DNA of 64,000 nucleotides from NCBI GenBank assembly GCA_040772485.1, contig JAXGYC010000009.1, positions 96,001 through 160,000 on the forward strand. Direction: 5' to 3'. The notes below the pieces were generated by a model that worked only from the letters and a program-made list of their open reading frames with translations, had not been told where the DNA came from and made no database searches. How positions within the stretch are numbered: the stretch's first letter is position 1; each line of letters begins with the position of its first letter. Both the position numbers and the translations under genes were made by a program. Positions 27,678 through 37,559 of the stretch are shown here, piece by piece. Origin of the DNA: Sedimentisphaerales bacterium. GTDB lineage: Bacteria; Planctomycetota; Phycisphaerae; Sedimentisphaerales; Anaerobacaceae.

Positions 27678-27992
27678 CCCTGTCGCCCCCAAGGGCGACG
27701 GGTGCGAAGGGTCTGAAGGGTGCGAACGTGCGAAGGGGTCGAAGGGTGCGAAGAGGTCGAAGGGTGGGAAGGGAAGGGAGCATCGGCCCCTGTTTTCACG
27801 AGATACGAGCGAAGCCGAGGGGAGATACGAGATTCGCCCCGGCCGCAGGCGCCAGGCCGTAGGCCGTAGGATGGGCTTCAGCCCATGCTGTACGTAGGCA
27901 GAACGCATCTACGCTTCTACGTTCCGATGCTCCGACGCAGCGCTGCCCTCTCTACGGTTCCACGCGCGCCCTGGAAAAAGTGCCGGACACCT

Positions 27993-28979
27993 CTAATTCC
28001 TCGTCGGTTCGCCGACGATGTAGCGGCGACCGGTGGTCCGGTCGGAAACGTGCGTTCCTTTCGGGAAATCCACATGGAACAGGCCGTCGTAGAAGTTGGG
28101 ATCGTTGACGACGATGTCGGAAACCTCCATCGAAGTCTTCCTTGCCACTTCCGGGGGGCCGGTCTCGAAGAACCACACCACTTCCCCTTCCACGGGAAAC
28201 CATATGTCCGGGCCGACGTCCATGAATGTAGCCTCATTGAATCCCACCAGGTGTTGGCCGCTATGATATTCAGTCCGTATCAGAGAGTATCCTTGCGAAG
28301 GATCGAGGGTGCCTGTTTCCCTACCATCATCTCCACTGAAGATCGTGATGCGATAGAGTCCGTCCTCCGTTCTTTCGACGTCGACCTTCGTATTCTCAGC
28401 GATCGTTCTTGAGAGCCGATCGTAGAAGTTGCCCCCAAATTGGCGCCATGGCCGGCGAAATCTCTTTGTTGTCTCGAAAGGTCTTTCGTTGCTCAACGTG
28501 GCTGATTTGAGATTCTTCGAGTCCTCATAATACTCGATGGCGTTCTCTCCATCCCAGGTGACTACCTTTCTGGTAGAATCGGCAGCGATGAGGATACCCT
28601 TCTCGCTGGCCCGTCCGGAGTTCGTTACGATGCGAGCACGTCCCTCGCTGTCAATGGCCACGTCAAGTCTCTCAAAGCGATGCTCGCTGTAATTCTCCTT
28701 CAGGCGACGAATCTCATCCTCCGCCCGTTCTTCTGGGTATTTCTCCTTGAGTTGGAGGGCAAGCCTCTCCAGTGACAATTGGAAGGCTTTCGGGGATTGG
28801 TAGTCATGGTAGATGGCTGTGTGTTTCACATCTCTGATCTTCTGTCTCGCCCCCCGCATTTCCTCCAACAGGAATCGCGCCGGGTTTTCATCCCGGGATG
28901 GCGTCTGGGCGATTGTGACAGGGGCAATGCCGTACGCGATGATACAGAGGCATACGATTCCCACCATTGTCCTTTTCAA
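27993..28979 (-). CDS. Secreted hypothetical protein, lower GC
   Basis: 328-aa ORF with signal peptide; C-terminal FHVDFPKGTHVSD; TTG start after GGAG. Confidence 0.7.
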   Translation of the reverse strand: MKRTMVGIVCLCIIAYGIAPVTIAQTPSRDENPARFLLEEMRGARQKIRDVKHTAIYHDYQSPKAFQLSLERLALQLKEKYPEERAEDEIRRLKENYSEHRFERLDVAIDSEGRARIVTNSGRASEKGILIAADSTRKVVTWDGENAIEYYEDSKNLKSATLSNERPFETTKRFRRPWRQFGGNFYDRLSRTIAENTKVDVERTEDGLYRITIFSGDDGRETGTLDPSQGYSLIRTEYHSGQHLVGFNEATFMDVGPDIWFPVEGEVVWFFETGPPEVARKTSMEVSDIVVNDPNFYDGLFHVDFPKGTHVSDRTTGRRYIVGEPTRN

Positions 28980-29027
28980 AATGATCTCCTATTCCCTCTT
29001 TCAATCAAGAGTACATCTGGTTTCATT

Positions 29028-29339
29028 CTATTCTGATGCTGAACGCATAGGCGAATATGGCAATAAGCCAGCGACCAGCGTACCGGTATGATCGGCAAGG
29101 GGCACAGTATTCTCTCGTGTGCCAACTACAACTGCCGCACGCACCAGCCACGCTGTGTCGCTGACCTCCTTGCCAGGCGGAATACCCTCCCAACCAATTG
29201 GCTCCACCAGGAAGCCGTTGTCCTTTGCCACACGGTGATTGACGCGATCAACCGCATGTCTCACAGAACTCCGAGCATCGGCAACGTCGCCCGGAGAAGC
29301 TATGAATACAATAACCGGTTTGAGAGTCTTGGCGGCCAC
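29028..29339 (-). pseudogene. Truncated DUF4062-like (nucleoside deoxyribosyltransferase/TIR-like fold) gene fragment
   Basis: AGAGGA SD plus GTG; VIVFIASPGDVADAR...VNHRVA...PIGWE, after which similarity is lost. Confidence 0.6.
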
Positions 29340-29712
29340 GGATCCTCTTCTCGGAACAGCAAACAGTGCGCGAGAGAGCATAACGTCTTCGCGCGCAATC
29401 CGGCGGGGCAAGACTGCGGATGTGCCCTGTGCTCTATGCTCGCTGTCCCGTTCTCACGCTGCCTTCTCGACATCGGGCAGCTATCCCACACATCTCGACC
29501 TGACCGCGCTGCCCCGCATACAGAAGGCGCCCAACTCTCATTATTCGCACGTTCGTCAGGGGTGATTCGCTGGGCGCTACTATGGCAGGTCAGGGGCGGG
29601 GCTGTCAAGGCCCGGTCTGCGGGCCTTGACCGTCGCTCGTGGCCCGGTCCTTGGCAACTCTTGGCCTGACTGTTGATGATTCGCTATTGATTGCGGATCG
29701 AAGGAGGCGGCG

Positions 29713-30869
29713 TCAGGTACTCTCCCTGGCTTGGTGCTTGTTTGTCCTGGCGAGTTCGGCTTTGAGGTCGCGTGGGGCGGGCAGGGCGTCCTTGAGGTTG
29801 GCGGGCAGCCTCTCGACCAGGCGCGTGACATAGCGAGCGATGCCCAGGGCTTGGCCAAGTCGCGCAGGGCGTACTCGGCGATGATCTTGTTGCGAGTCTT
29901 GCACAGGATCAGGCCGATGGAGGGTTTGTCGTCGGGATGACGCAGTAGGTCGTCCACGGCCGAGAGATAGAAGTTCATCTTGCCGGCGTACTCCGGCTGG
30001 AAGGGTCTGGCCTTCAGGTCGATCACGACGAAGCAGCGCAGCCGCAAGTGATAGAACAGCAGGTCGAGATAGAAGTCCTCGCCGCCGACTTCCAGGTGCA
30101 TCTGCTGGCCGACGAAGGCGAAGCCCGCGCCCAGTTCCAGCAGGAACCTGCGAATGTGGTCGAGCAGAGCCCGTTCCAGGTCCCGTTCGGCCGCGTCGGA
30201 GGCGAGAGTCAGGAAGTCGAAGGTGTAGGGGTCTTTGATCACCTCCCTGGCCAGGTCGGACTGCGCCGGCGGCAGCGTGGTCGAGAAGTTCGTGAGGGCT
30301 TTGCCCTGGCGCGCGTAGAGGTCCGAGTCGATCCAGTGCACGAGCACGGCGCGCGACCAGCCGTGCTCGACCGCTTGCCGGGCATACCAGAGACGCTGCT
30401 GTGGGTCTTTGAGCGACTCCAGCAGGACGACGTTGTGAAACCAGGGGAGAGACGCCATTGGCTCAGGCGGCGCGCCGGCGTCCGCTCGTCTCGCAGCCTG
30501 CGAGACAATTGCGGTGTCCTGGGGATAGGCCAGGTGGAAAGCACGCATCCGATAGATATTCGCACGCGAGAAGCCGGCTAATCCAGGAAACTCCCGTTGG
30601 ATATCCGTGGCCAAACGACCGATTACCGCTGCCCCCCAACCTTCGAGGCGCTGGCGTTCAACTATGTCTCTCCCGATGTCCCAGTAGAGCTGAATCAGTT
30701 CGCGATTGACGGAGAGCGCGGCCTTGACCCGGGCGGTCCGAATGCGCGACTTCACCTCTTCCAGGAACCTGGCGTATCCGGCCGGCGATCCGGCAGGAGG
30801 CGGCTTTATGATTCCTCGCCCAGGGCGGGCGGGATTTGACGGCTTGGGCTTCGCAGGGCGTCTGGCCAT
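29713..30869 (-). pseudogene. yhcG: YhcG/DUF1016 PD-(D/E)XK nuclease-like gene with a 1-nt frameshift near the 3' end (or assembly error)
   Basis: LYWDIG, KDPYTFDFL, FLLELGAGFAFVG, DLLFYH, IDLK, GKMNFYL; the tail LGIARYVTRLVERLP... continues in another frame after ALRDLAKP (about 29848). Confidence 0.85.
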
Positions 30870-30955
30870 TCTCCACTCCTCCAGGCAGATCAGATCCCTG
30901 AGGGACCGGGACTGCCGTTCGTCACAGCTTCGCAGGGGGTGTTTCGCTGAAGAAC

Positions 30956-30984
30956 ATCATGGCAGGTGCAAGAGCGGATGTCAA
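30956..30984 (-). promoter_or_regulatory. Sigma70 promoter of yhcG
   Basis: Minus strand TTGACA-17 nt-CATGAT. Confidence 0.6.
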
Positions 30985-30995
30985 GGCTTGTTCGC

Positions 30996-31139
30996 GACGC
31001 GATTACCCGTTTCCTGCGGGAGTGGAAAGGAACCGTTTGTAGTGTGCCCGTGAGGGCATACCTTCGATGGAGTTGGTAACGCCTTACGGCGTCACTACGA
31101 ACCAGACCCTGACCCCAAGCCAAAACGGGTAGTCGCGTC
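30996..31139. repeat. REPIN-like element (family A): inverted REP doublet with extended inverted arms; relatives at 31219-31245, 37248-37350, 41748-41771, 49871-49920, 53000-53059, 55128-55153
   Basis: GTTTGTAGTG-TGCCC-gtga-GGGCA...ACGCC-ttac-GGCGT-CACTACGAAC; outer arms GACGCGATTACCCGTTT / AAACGGGTAGTCGCGTC. Confidence 0.85.
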
Positions 31140-31669
31140 TTGTTCGCCAGGCATTCCGCGCCATTGGCAAAAGCCCGCCGTCCAAAGTGCGGGCCTTCAC
31201 TACCAGCAATCCGCCAAGGTAACGCCTGACGGCGCCACTACGAACACGCCCTTTCAGGGACGCCTTGCCGATCGCGTCCGAGGCGATCGGATTATGACAA
31301 ACGGGTCACGGTGGCCTGCCGGTGGAACTCATGTTGCCCGAGTCCAACCGGTACCTGCGAATCGCAGGTAACGCAGTTGGCCCACCCCCAGGGTGGATAC
31401 AGCGGGAAGGCTCAGCCCTGCGTTGGTTCCTGGTGAACATCGCGGTTTTGCCGAGATACGAGATTCGAGATACGATAGGCTGTAGGCCGCAGGCCGACCG
31501 GGTGCGAAGGGTTCAAGGGTTACCAGGGCTGCACCAGGCTGGAGCGCACGTACGCTTCTGCCCTTCTACGCATGCCCGAGATACGAACGACGAGATACGA
31601 GATACCCCTGAGTGCGAAGGGTGCGAACGGTGAGAAGGGGTCGCGGGGACGGTCGAGGGCTTGCGGCGG

Positions 31670-31996
31670 CTACGCGGAGAGTGGGACGCCGTGGTGGAGG
31701 ACCCAGGCGGCGAAGCCAGCTTCGTCGTGCTGATGGAGGGTTGCGGCCGGAAAGAAGTGCAACTCGATGTCGTCGCCCGCCTCTTTCTGGACCGCCACGG
31801 CCACGCGAGCGCGATCGTGCAGGTCCCACGACTCCAGACCTTCAATGAAGACCGCCAGATCGATATCGCTCCAGCGGTCGGCGGTGCCCTCGACGTGCGA
31901 ACCGAAGAGATAGGCGGCCGCAACGCTGGCAAATCGCCGCAAGTAGATGACCGCCTCGGTCGCCCGCGCCTCAATCATCTCATCGTGCTGAGCCAC
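31670..31996 (-). CDS. Minimal nucleotidyltransferase (MNT) antitoxin
   Basis: AYLFGSHVEGTADRWSDIDLAVF. Confidence 0.9.
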   Translation of the reverse strand: MAQHDEMIEARATEAVIYLRRFASVAAAYLFGSHVEGTADRWSDIDLAVFIEGLESWDLHDRARVAVAVQKEAGDDIELHFFPAATLHQHDEAGFAAWVLHHGVPLSA

Positions 31997-32355
31997 TGTA
32001 TGAATCCTTCGGTTTGGCCGAGTATTCGTTTCGCCTCATCGGGGCGGACCCTCGATGCCAAGTCCGGAATCTCCTCGGGATACCGGCTCTGGATGTAGTA
32101 GGTCGAGAGTTCTCGCAACAGATCGGCCTGATTCTCATCGATTTCTACGCGCGCTGCTTCCGCCAAGCGCACGAGATGCTGAACGCGCGGAGGGTGTTCG
32201 CGGGTTCGCTTCGCGATGATGGCTTTGAGCATCTTCTCCGTAGCCTGCTGACAGCAGAAGAGGACGTACAGATAGCGTTCCGCCGCGAGCATCGCTCGCG
32301 CTGTGCCCAGGTCATATCGCGCCTGGCCGGCCCATTGGTCTGCCGTGTCCGCCAT
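31975..32355 (-). CDS. HEPN-domain protein paired with MNT
   Basis: W...ARYDL..A, FCCQQATEKMLKA, PPRVQHL, YIQSRYP. Confidence 0.9.
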   Translation of the reverse strand: MADTADQWAGQARYDLGTARAMLAAERYLYVLFCCQQATEKMLKAIIAKRTREHPPRVQHLVRLAEAARVEIDENQADLLRELSTYYIQSRYPEEIPDLASRVRPDEAKRILGQTEGFIQWLSTMR

Positions 32356-32361
32356 GCGATC

Positions 32362-32390
32362 ATCGTAGCCATTGCCGGTGGCGCGGGCAA
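32362..32390 (-). promoter_or_regulatory. Promoter of HEPN-MNT (leaderless geometry)
   Basis: Minus strand TTGCCC-17 nt-TACGAT, 6 nt, ATG. Confidence 0.5.
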
Positions 32391-32764
32391 CAGAAAACGG
32401 CTGGCGGGAGACTGCCTTGGTGAGAAGGGTGTGAAAGGCTCAAGGGTGCGAAGGGAAAGGAGCCGCACGCCGTTTGTCGACGCATTCACGCATCTACGAG
32501 CTGTGCGAGGCCGGAGGCTGTAGTCTGTAGGCCGGAGGGGGACGAATCTACGCATCTACGCTCCAACGAGCTGCGCCGGACTGGAGACTGTAGGCTGGAG
32601 GCTGTAAGTGAGAAGTGGTAAGTGATAAGCGATCGGGGATGAAGCGCGCAGGACAAGAGCGGACGTTCACCCATCTTCGCTTCTACGCTTTTACGCTCGA
32701 ACGAGCGACGTGCCGCGAGTCACGAATCCCGCGAGCGACGAGAACCGAGCGACGAGCGACGGCG

Positions 32765-34078
32765 TTACTTCTTCTTGCCGAAGAGGGACTTCTTTTCCTT
32801 CTTGGGCTTCTCGGCCTTGGGGGCCTTTTCGGCTTTGGCCTTCTTCTCTTTGGGGGCCTTTTCCTTCTTGGCCTTGGCGGCTTTGGCTGCCCTTGGGGCC
32901 CTGGGGGCCTTCTCGCGGCCGGAGAGGAGCGCCGCGGCACTGACGGCAATCGCTATGAAGGCGGCGCCGCCGACGATGTACCAGACGAAGCCCTGGATGG
33001 ACTGGAGGATCGAGGGCATCACGTCTCGCTGGGCGGCGACGACGACGATGGCGGCGTACAGCAGGGCCAGCAGCGGCAGGAACAGGAGCATGCCGAGCAT
33101 GTTGCTCTGCGTGTCGGGTGCGACCTCGGCGAAGGCCGGCGTGATGGCCAGCGGCGCCGCGACCATGACCTCGTGCGCTGCCATGTCTTCTTCGGGCGCC
33201 GCGTGCTCGGCCTCGGCGGTGATGTCTTCGACCATGTCGGTCTCGCCGGCTTCGGCCGGAGCGCCTTCTTCGCCGCCCTCGGCGGTGTAGATCTCATCGA
33301 GAATGCCGCCGAGCGAGGTGTCGTCGGCCTGGAGCGACAGGTCGAGCAGGCCGGAACCGCTGCCGAAACTGTCGAGGTTCACGTCCTCTTCGATCTCTTC
33401 GAGCGAGGCCTCGCCGGTGGTGCCCGCCGGACCGACCGTCTCGGCCAGTGAGTCGTCGGTGACCTCGTAGTCGGCGTCCGACTTGCCCAGCACGTCGATC
33501 CCCTCGCTGGCCAGCGCCGTGTCCATGTCGGTGATGTCGCTGTCGCTGTCGAGGATGCCCGACTCGGGGGCCAGCCCGATCTCCGACTCTTCGTCGGCGG
33601 GCCCGGCCAGCGGCTCCTCTTCTTCGGCGCCCATGCCGACCAGGAAGTCCTCCTCGGCGCTGGACGCCTCGGCGGGCTCCTCTGCGGTCAGGTCGTCCGA
33701 CAGCTCCAGATCGCTGGTCGCCTCGGCGTCGGCCGACAGTTGCAGGTCGGCGGTGCCTTCCGGGGCCGGGGCCTCCTCGGGCGCGGCCTCCAGATCGAGG
33801 CCGAAGGAGGGCTCCTGTTCGGCAGTCTCTTCGGCGACGGGCTCGAGGCCGAGCAGCTCCTGCGTGCTGGCGCCGCCCTCGTCCGGCTCCAGACCGAGGT
33901 CCATGTCCATCTCCGGGGACTCCGCGAGCAGGGCGTTGACCTCGTCGATCTTGAAAAGGAGGTTGGAGCCGTCGCGGAACTCTCGGAGCTTGCCGTCTTC
34001 GGCCAGTTGCTTGACCGCGTCTTCGGTCAGTCCGAGTTTCTGGGCCGTTTCTTTGAGCGAGTAGAACATTCCAGCCAT
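32765..34078 (-). CDS. Protein with N-terminal excisionase/MerR-like HTH, long acidic linker, two TM helices and Lys-rich tail
   Basis: FYSLKETAQKLG...GKLREFRDGSNLLFK; GSGSGLLDLSLQADDTSLG; two hydrophobic segments; KAKKEKAPK tail. Confidence 0.85.
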   Translation of the reverse strand: MAGMFYSLKETAQKLGLTEDAVKQLAEDGKLREFRDGSNLLFKIDEVNALLAESPEMDMDLGLEPDEGGASTQELLGLEPVAEETAEQEPSFGLDLEAAPEEAPAPEGTADLQLSADAEATSDLELSDDLTAEEPAEASSAEEDFLVGMGAEEEEPLAGPADEESEIGLAPESGILDSDSDITDMDTALASEGIDVLGKSDADYEVTDDSLAETVGPAGTTGEASLEEIEEDVNLDSFGSGSGLLDLSLQADDTSLGGILDEIYTAEGGEEGAPAEAGETDMVEDITAEAEHAAPEEDMAAHEVMVAAPLAITPAFAEVAPDTQSNMLGMLLFLPLLALLYAAIVVVAAQRDVMPSILQSIQGFVWYIVGGAAFIAIAVSAAALLSGREKAPRAPRAAKAAKAKKEKAPKEKKAKAEKAPKAEKPKKEKKSLFGKKK

Positions 34079-34395
34079 AATCACCATCTCCATCGCCAGG
34101 GACGCACGCCACGGCGGACTTGGAATCCCCGAAATGAGTTTCCTAGACTGCTTATTTTACCTTGCGGCGGCGGATTATGCAACCTTTTTTTGACGCCGGG
34201 ACCGCCGCAACGTCCGGTAACCGCGATTCTTGCGTGCTCACAGCGCGGCCGGCCTGCCGGCGCTGGCCCGACCGCCCGCTGTCCGGCGGTCTCCGCAACC
34301 ACGGCGAACCGTGCGTTTCAAGCAGTCCCACGTTCGCTCACGCACGCGCCGCCGGCATACACCGCAGTTTGCGGAGCACCGCACAATCCCCCCTG

Positions 34396-34423
34396 TTGCA
34401 CAACCTCCGCCATTCTATATAAT
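34396..34423 (+). promoter_or_regulatory. Promoter of tRNA-Pro
   Basis: TTGCAC-16 nt-TATAAT. Confidence 0.6.
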
Positions 34424-34449
34424 ACGAACCGTCGCAACTTCAGTGCGTC

Positions 34450-34524
34450 CGGGGTGTAGCTCAGCTTGGCTAGAGCGCTTGCTTTGGGAGCAAGAGGCCG
34501 TAGGTTCGAATCCTATCACCCCGA
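34450..34524 (+). tRNA. tRNA-Pro (anticodon TGG), CCA not encoded
   Basis: Acceptor CGGGGTG/CACCCCG, D arm GCTC/GAGC, anticodon arm CTTGC-ttTGGga-GCAAG, T loop GGTTCGAATCC. Confidence 0.97.
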
Positions 34525-34783
34525 TTGTGGCGTGTGTGGTGGTACGGCACGGGGGCGAAAGGCGGGGTCGGGTCGCCCACAGATCGTGCCTCGGACCGCC
34601 GGACGGGCCGGCTTGCCGTCGCGGGCAGAGCCAGCCCTCCGAGGTCGCGGATGCCGGCCGATGCGTTCGGCGTTGGCGGGCCTGCGGGCCGAAGCGGACA
34701 GGGTCGTCCGGCCTGCGGCGAACGGACCGCCCGATGCGGATGACCGCCCCATATCCCGAGACACACTGTCCAGAGGTGAAGCG

Positions 34784-37240
34784 ATGGAATCCGAAAGCAT
34801 CATGGCAGACGCGTGCAAGGCGGCGTGCGATTTCCACCGCCGCAAGCTCTGGAAGCGGTTCACGAATTACGACTGCTTCGGCGTGCGGATCGCCGGCCGC
34901 GACGACCTGATCCTGGGCGTCGTGCTCGGCGACGCAGGGGAGGAGCACGGTCTGTCGCTTTTCCGGGGCCCGAACGCCGCCGCCTGTCTGGGCGCGCTTC
35001 TGGAGCCTGAGGGGCCGGGCGACGACGCCCTCGAAGACATGGACACCCTCGGCTTCAGCATGGAGGCGTTTGGGACTTTGCCCCCGGACGCACAGACACT
35101 GCTGCGAGACGGCGGCCGCCATCCTCAATATCGCGAAGCGGTGCCGCACTTCCTGGCCAAGCCCGCCGGACAGAACAGTCGATTGCCCAACGAATCAGAA
35201 CTGCGCGAGCTGGGCATGATCGTGCACGCCGTTGTCCAGGCCGACAAGGAGAAGCTGTTACACCCCGCCTGTCTCGACGACCCGCAGGGCATCTGCGTCC
35301 TGAACCTCAGCAACGGCCCTGCCGAACCCGAGGTGCGCCTCACGCGGGAGGTCGTCGAACAGCACCGACCGCCTGTCGCCGTGCCGCTGCTGCCGGCCTG
35401 CCATGATCTGGACCGCCTGCCCCGCCTGAAGACCACGTGGCTGGTCGGCCTGCCCGCGCTGCCCGCGGCAATCGAGGGCGACGACCGGGCCATGCAGGTG
35501 CTGCTCGTCGTGGACGACACGCACGATCTGATTCTGCACGGCCTGCCGGTGTTCTCGGGCGATCTGCGGGAGGCCGCCAACGGGCTGGTGAAGACCTTCC
35601 AAGGCAAGGGCCTCCGCAAAGTCAAAGGACTTCCGGCCGAGATCGCCTTTTCCAGCCGCAAGCTCTTCGATGCGATGGCCCCTGTCCTGGAGCCGCTGGG
35701 CGTCCGCTGCCGCTATGAACCCGCCGTCCCCAAACTGCAACAGCTCATGACGGAGTTCTACGATCTGGCCGACAGACAGGGTGGTGCATTCGATGATGCC
35801 GATCTGCCGGATGCCGCAGACGTCCCGGTTCCTGCGCCGCAGGACCTCAAAGGGTGGAAGCAGGCACAAGAGAGGTTGTGCCGGCGGTGTGCCGACGAGT
35901 TTCACTCGAGCAGGTCGCTGCAATCCTCACGCGCGGTCGAATGGTATTTCGGTGACAATGACTTTGACTACTACGTTCAGGAGCATCGAGAGCAGGGAGT
36001 CCTGGCCGCCTACATCGGCTGGGCGATCGTCGACTACCGGCCCAACAAGACCAGCAAGACCCATGCCGAGAAAATGCTGAAGAAGGGGCTGGGCGAGGCC
36101 GAAGCGATCCTGCTTCGCGCTCAAATGGAGACCTGCCCCACGCTGTATCGGGTCGCCCGCCACAACGCCAAAGCCGGAACCGTCGAACTGGAGGACATCC
36201 TGCTGGGCGGCCGCGTCACGGTGCACGATCAGTTGATGTCGGAGAACATCGAAAACAATCTGTTCCTGCCGGCACGGGTGTTTCCCGCCGGCGCCTACCA
36301 CTTCCTCGAACCGGCCGGACCGCTGTTGGGCGCCGGCATGGGGCTGGAGGCCGTCGAGTTCCTTCGCGAATGCGGGATGGAGCTCACGGAGGCTGGCCTG
36401 CGACGCCATGCGCACCTTTTCGGCTGGTTGTGGGAATGGATGGAGGAATGGCAGGCTGACGGCGGTCAGCCGCGCATGTGCAATACCGATGGAGACGAGC
36501 TGCTCTGGCACACCGCTTCATTCTCCGTGGCCGCTCCCGACGAGGTCCGCAAGGTGCTGCTGGAGCGAGAGGACATCGAATATGATCGGGACGCCGATGA
36601 GTTTGTCTGGAGCAGGCCCGCCGGCCGCAACCGCAAGGTGCCGGGTGACACGGTGGCGCTCGGGCGAATCGAGTTGGTGGGAGATGAGCTGGTGTTGGAA
36701 GTGAATTCCGCCCGGCGACTGGATGGCGCCCGCCAGTGGCTTGAGAAGCTGCCGGGTGTGGTGTTCCGCAACGTGACGACGCGCCGGTGGGACGAAGTAG
36801 ACAGGGACCGGCCCCTGGATGAGCGGATCTCCTCGCCCGAGCCGGTGGAAATGACGCCGGAGCTGAGCGCCGCCGTGCAGGAGATGATGAACAAGCACTA
36901 CATGAGTTGGCTCGACGAGCCGTTGCCGGCGCTGGGCGGCAAGACGCCGCAGCAGGCCTGCCGAACCGCAGCAGGGCGCCGGCAGGTCCTGACGCTGATT
37001 CGAACGATGCCGGACCCGGCAGGACCCGTACCGATTCGCGCTCCGCGCGAGGCCTTGATGCAGGCGCTGGGCCTGACGGCAGAGGCGGGCGGACCGCCGG
37101 CGGGTGAGCCGACGCCTGCGATTCCCATACCCATAGAGTCCATCGCCCCGAAGCCCCGCATCGCCCGGAATGCCCCATGCCCCTGCGGCAGCGGGAGGAA
37201 GTACAAGAAGTGCTGCGGCCGCGAACCCGCCGACAACTGA
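34784..37240 (+). CDS. Large protein with a Xre/MbcA/ParS C-terminal-like segment and a SEC-C zinc motif
   Basis: GAGGTG SD; WLDEPLPALGGKTPQQA; RNAPCPCGSGRKYKKCCG. Confidence 0.85.
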   Translation: MESESIMADACKAACDFHRRKLWKRFTNYDCFGVRIAGRDDLILGVVLGDAGEEHGLSLFRGPNAAACLGALLEPEGPGDDALEDMDTLGFSMEAFGTLPPDAQTLLRDGGRHPQYREAVPHFLAKPAGQNSRLPNESELRELGMIVHAVVQADKEKLLHPACLDDPQGICVLNLSNGPAEPEVRLTREVVEQHRPPVAVPLLPACHDLDRLPRLKTTWLVGLPALPAAIEGDDRAMQVLLVVDDTHDLILHGLPVFSGDLREAANGLVKTFQGKGLRKVKGLPAEIAFSSRKLFDAMAPVLEPLGVRCRYEPAVPKLQQLMTEFYDLADRQGGAFDDADLPDAADVPVPAPQDLKGWKQAQERLCRRCADEFHSSRSLQSSRAVEWYFGDNDFDYYVQEHREQGVLAAYIGWAIVDYRPNKTSKTHAEKMLKKGLGEAEAILLRAQMETCPTLYRVARHNAKAGTVELEDILLGGRVTVHDQLMSENIENNLFLPARVFPAGAYHFLEPAGPLLGAGMGLEAVEFLRECGMELTEAGLRRHAHLFGWLWEWMEEWQADGGQPRMCNTDGDELLWHTASFSVAAPDEVRKVLLEREDIEYDRDADEFVWSRPAGRNRKVPGDTVALGRIELVGDELVLEVNSARRLDGARQWLEKLPGVVFRNVTTRRWDEVDRDRPLDERISSPEPVEMTPELSAAVQEMMNKHYMSWLDEPLPALGGKTPQQACRTAAGRRQVLTLIRTMPDPAGPVPIRAPREALMQALGLTAEAGGPPAGEPTPAIPIPIESIAPKPRIARNAPCPCGSGRKYKKCCGREPADN

Positions 37241-37559
37241 CGAAGCTGTTTGTAGTGTGCCCGTGAGGGCATACGTTTGACAAGTAGCGTCTTACGACGC
37301 CACTACAAACGGCTCATTTCCACTCCCTCCCAAAACGGGTAATCGCGTCGAGATACGCCCTTGACGACAGCGCGGTGCTTCTGTAGACTGTATCCCGGAT
37401 GTGCGAAGGGAAGCTATGCGTGGAGAGGTTCCCACAATCCGGCCCGCTCCTCCAACGCCTCTGGGCGACGCCGAGTGGTTCGCCCAGTCGGTTGGTAGGC
37501 CGAGGCCCACCCTACGGGGTGCGAATCGTCAATCATCAATCCGCAATCATCAATCCGAA

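Noticed and set aside
26590..27772. CRISPR array suggested by the short repeats
   Set aside because: Units are 7-9 nt degenerate tandem repeats or dispersed palindromes, with no regular repeat-spacer period and no cas genes.
37401..37559. N-terminal 53 codons of the Rhs ORF in the track
   Set aside because: Much of it is REP and heptamer-repeat DNA, there is no SD and no Rhs similarity; probably fortuitously open.
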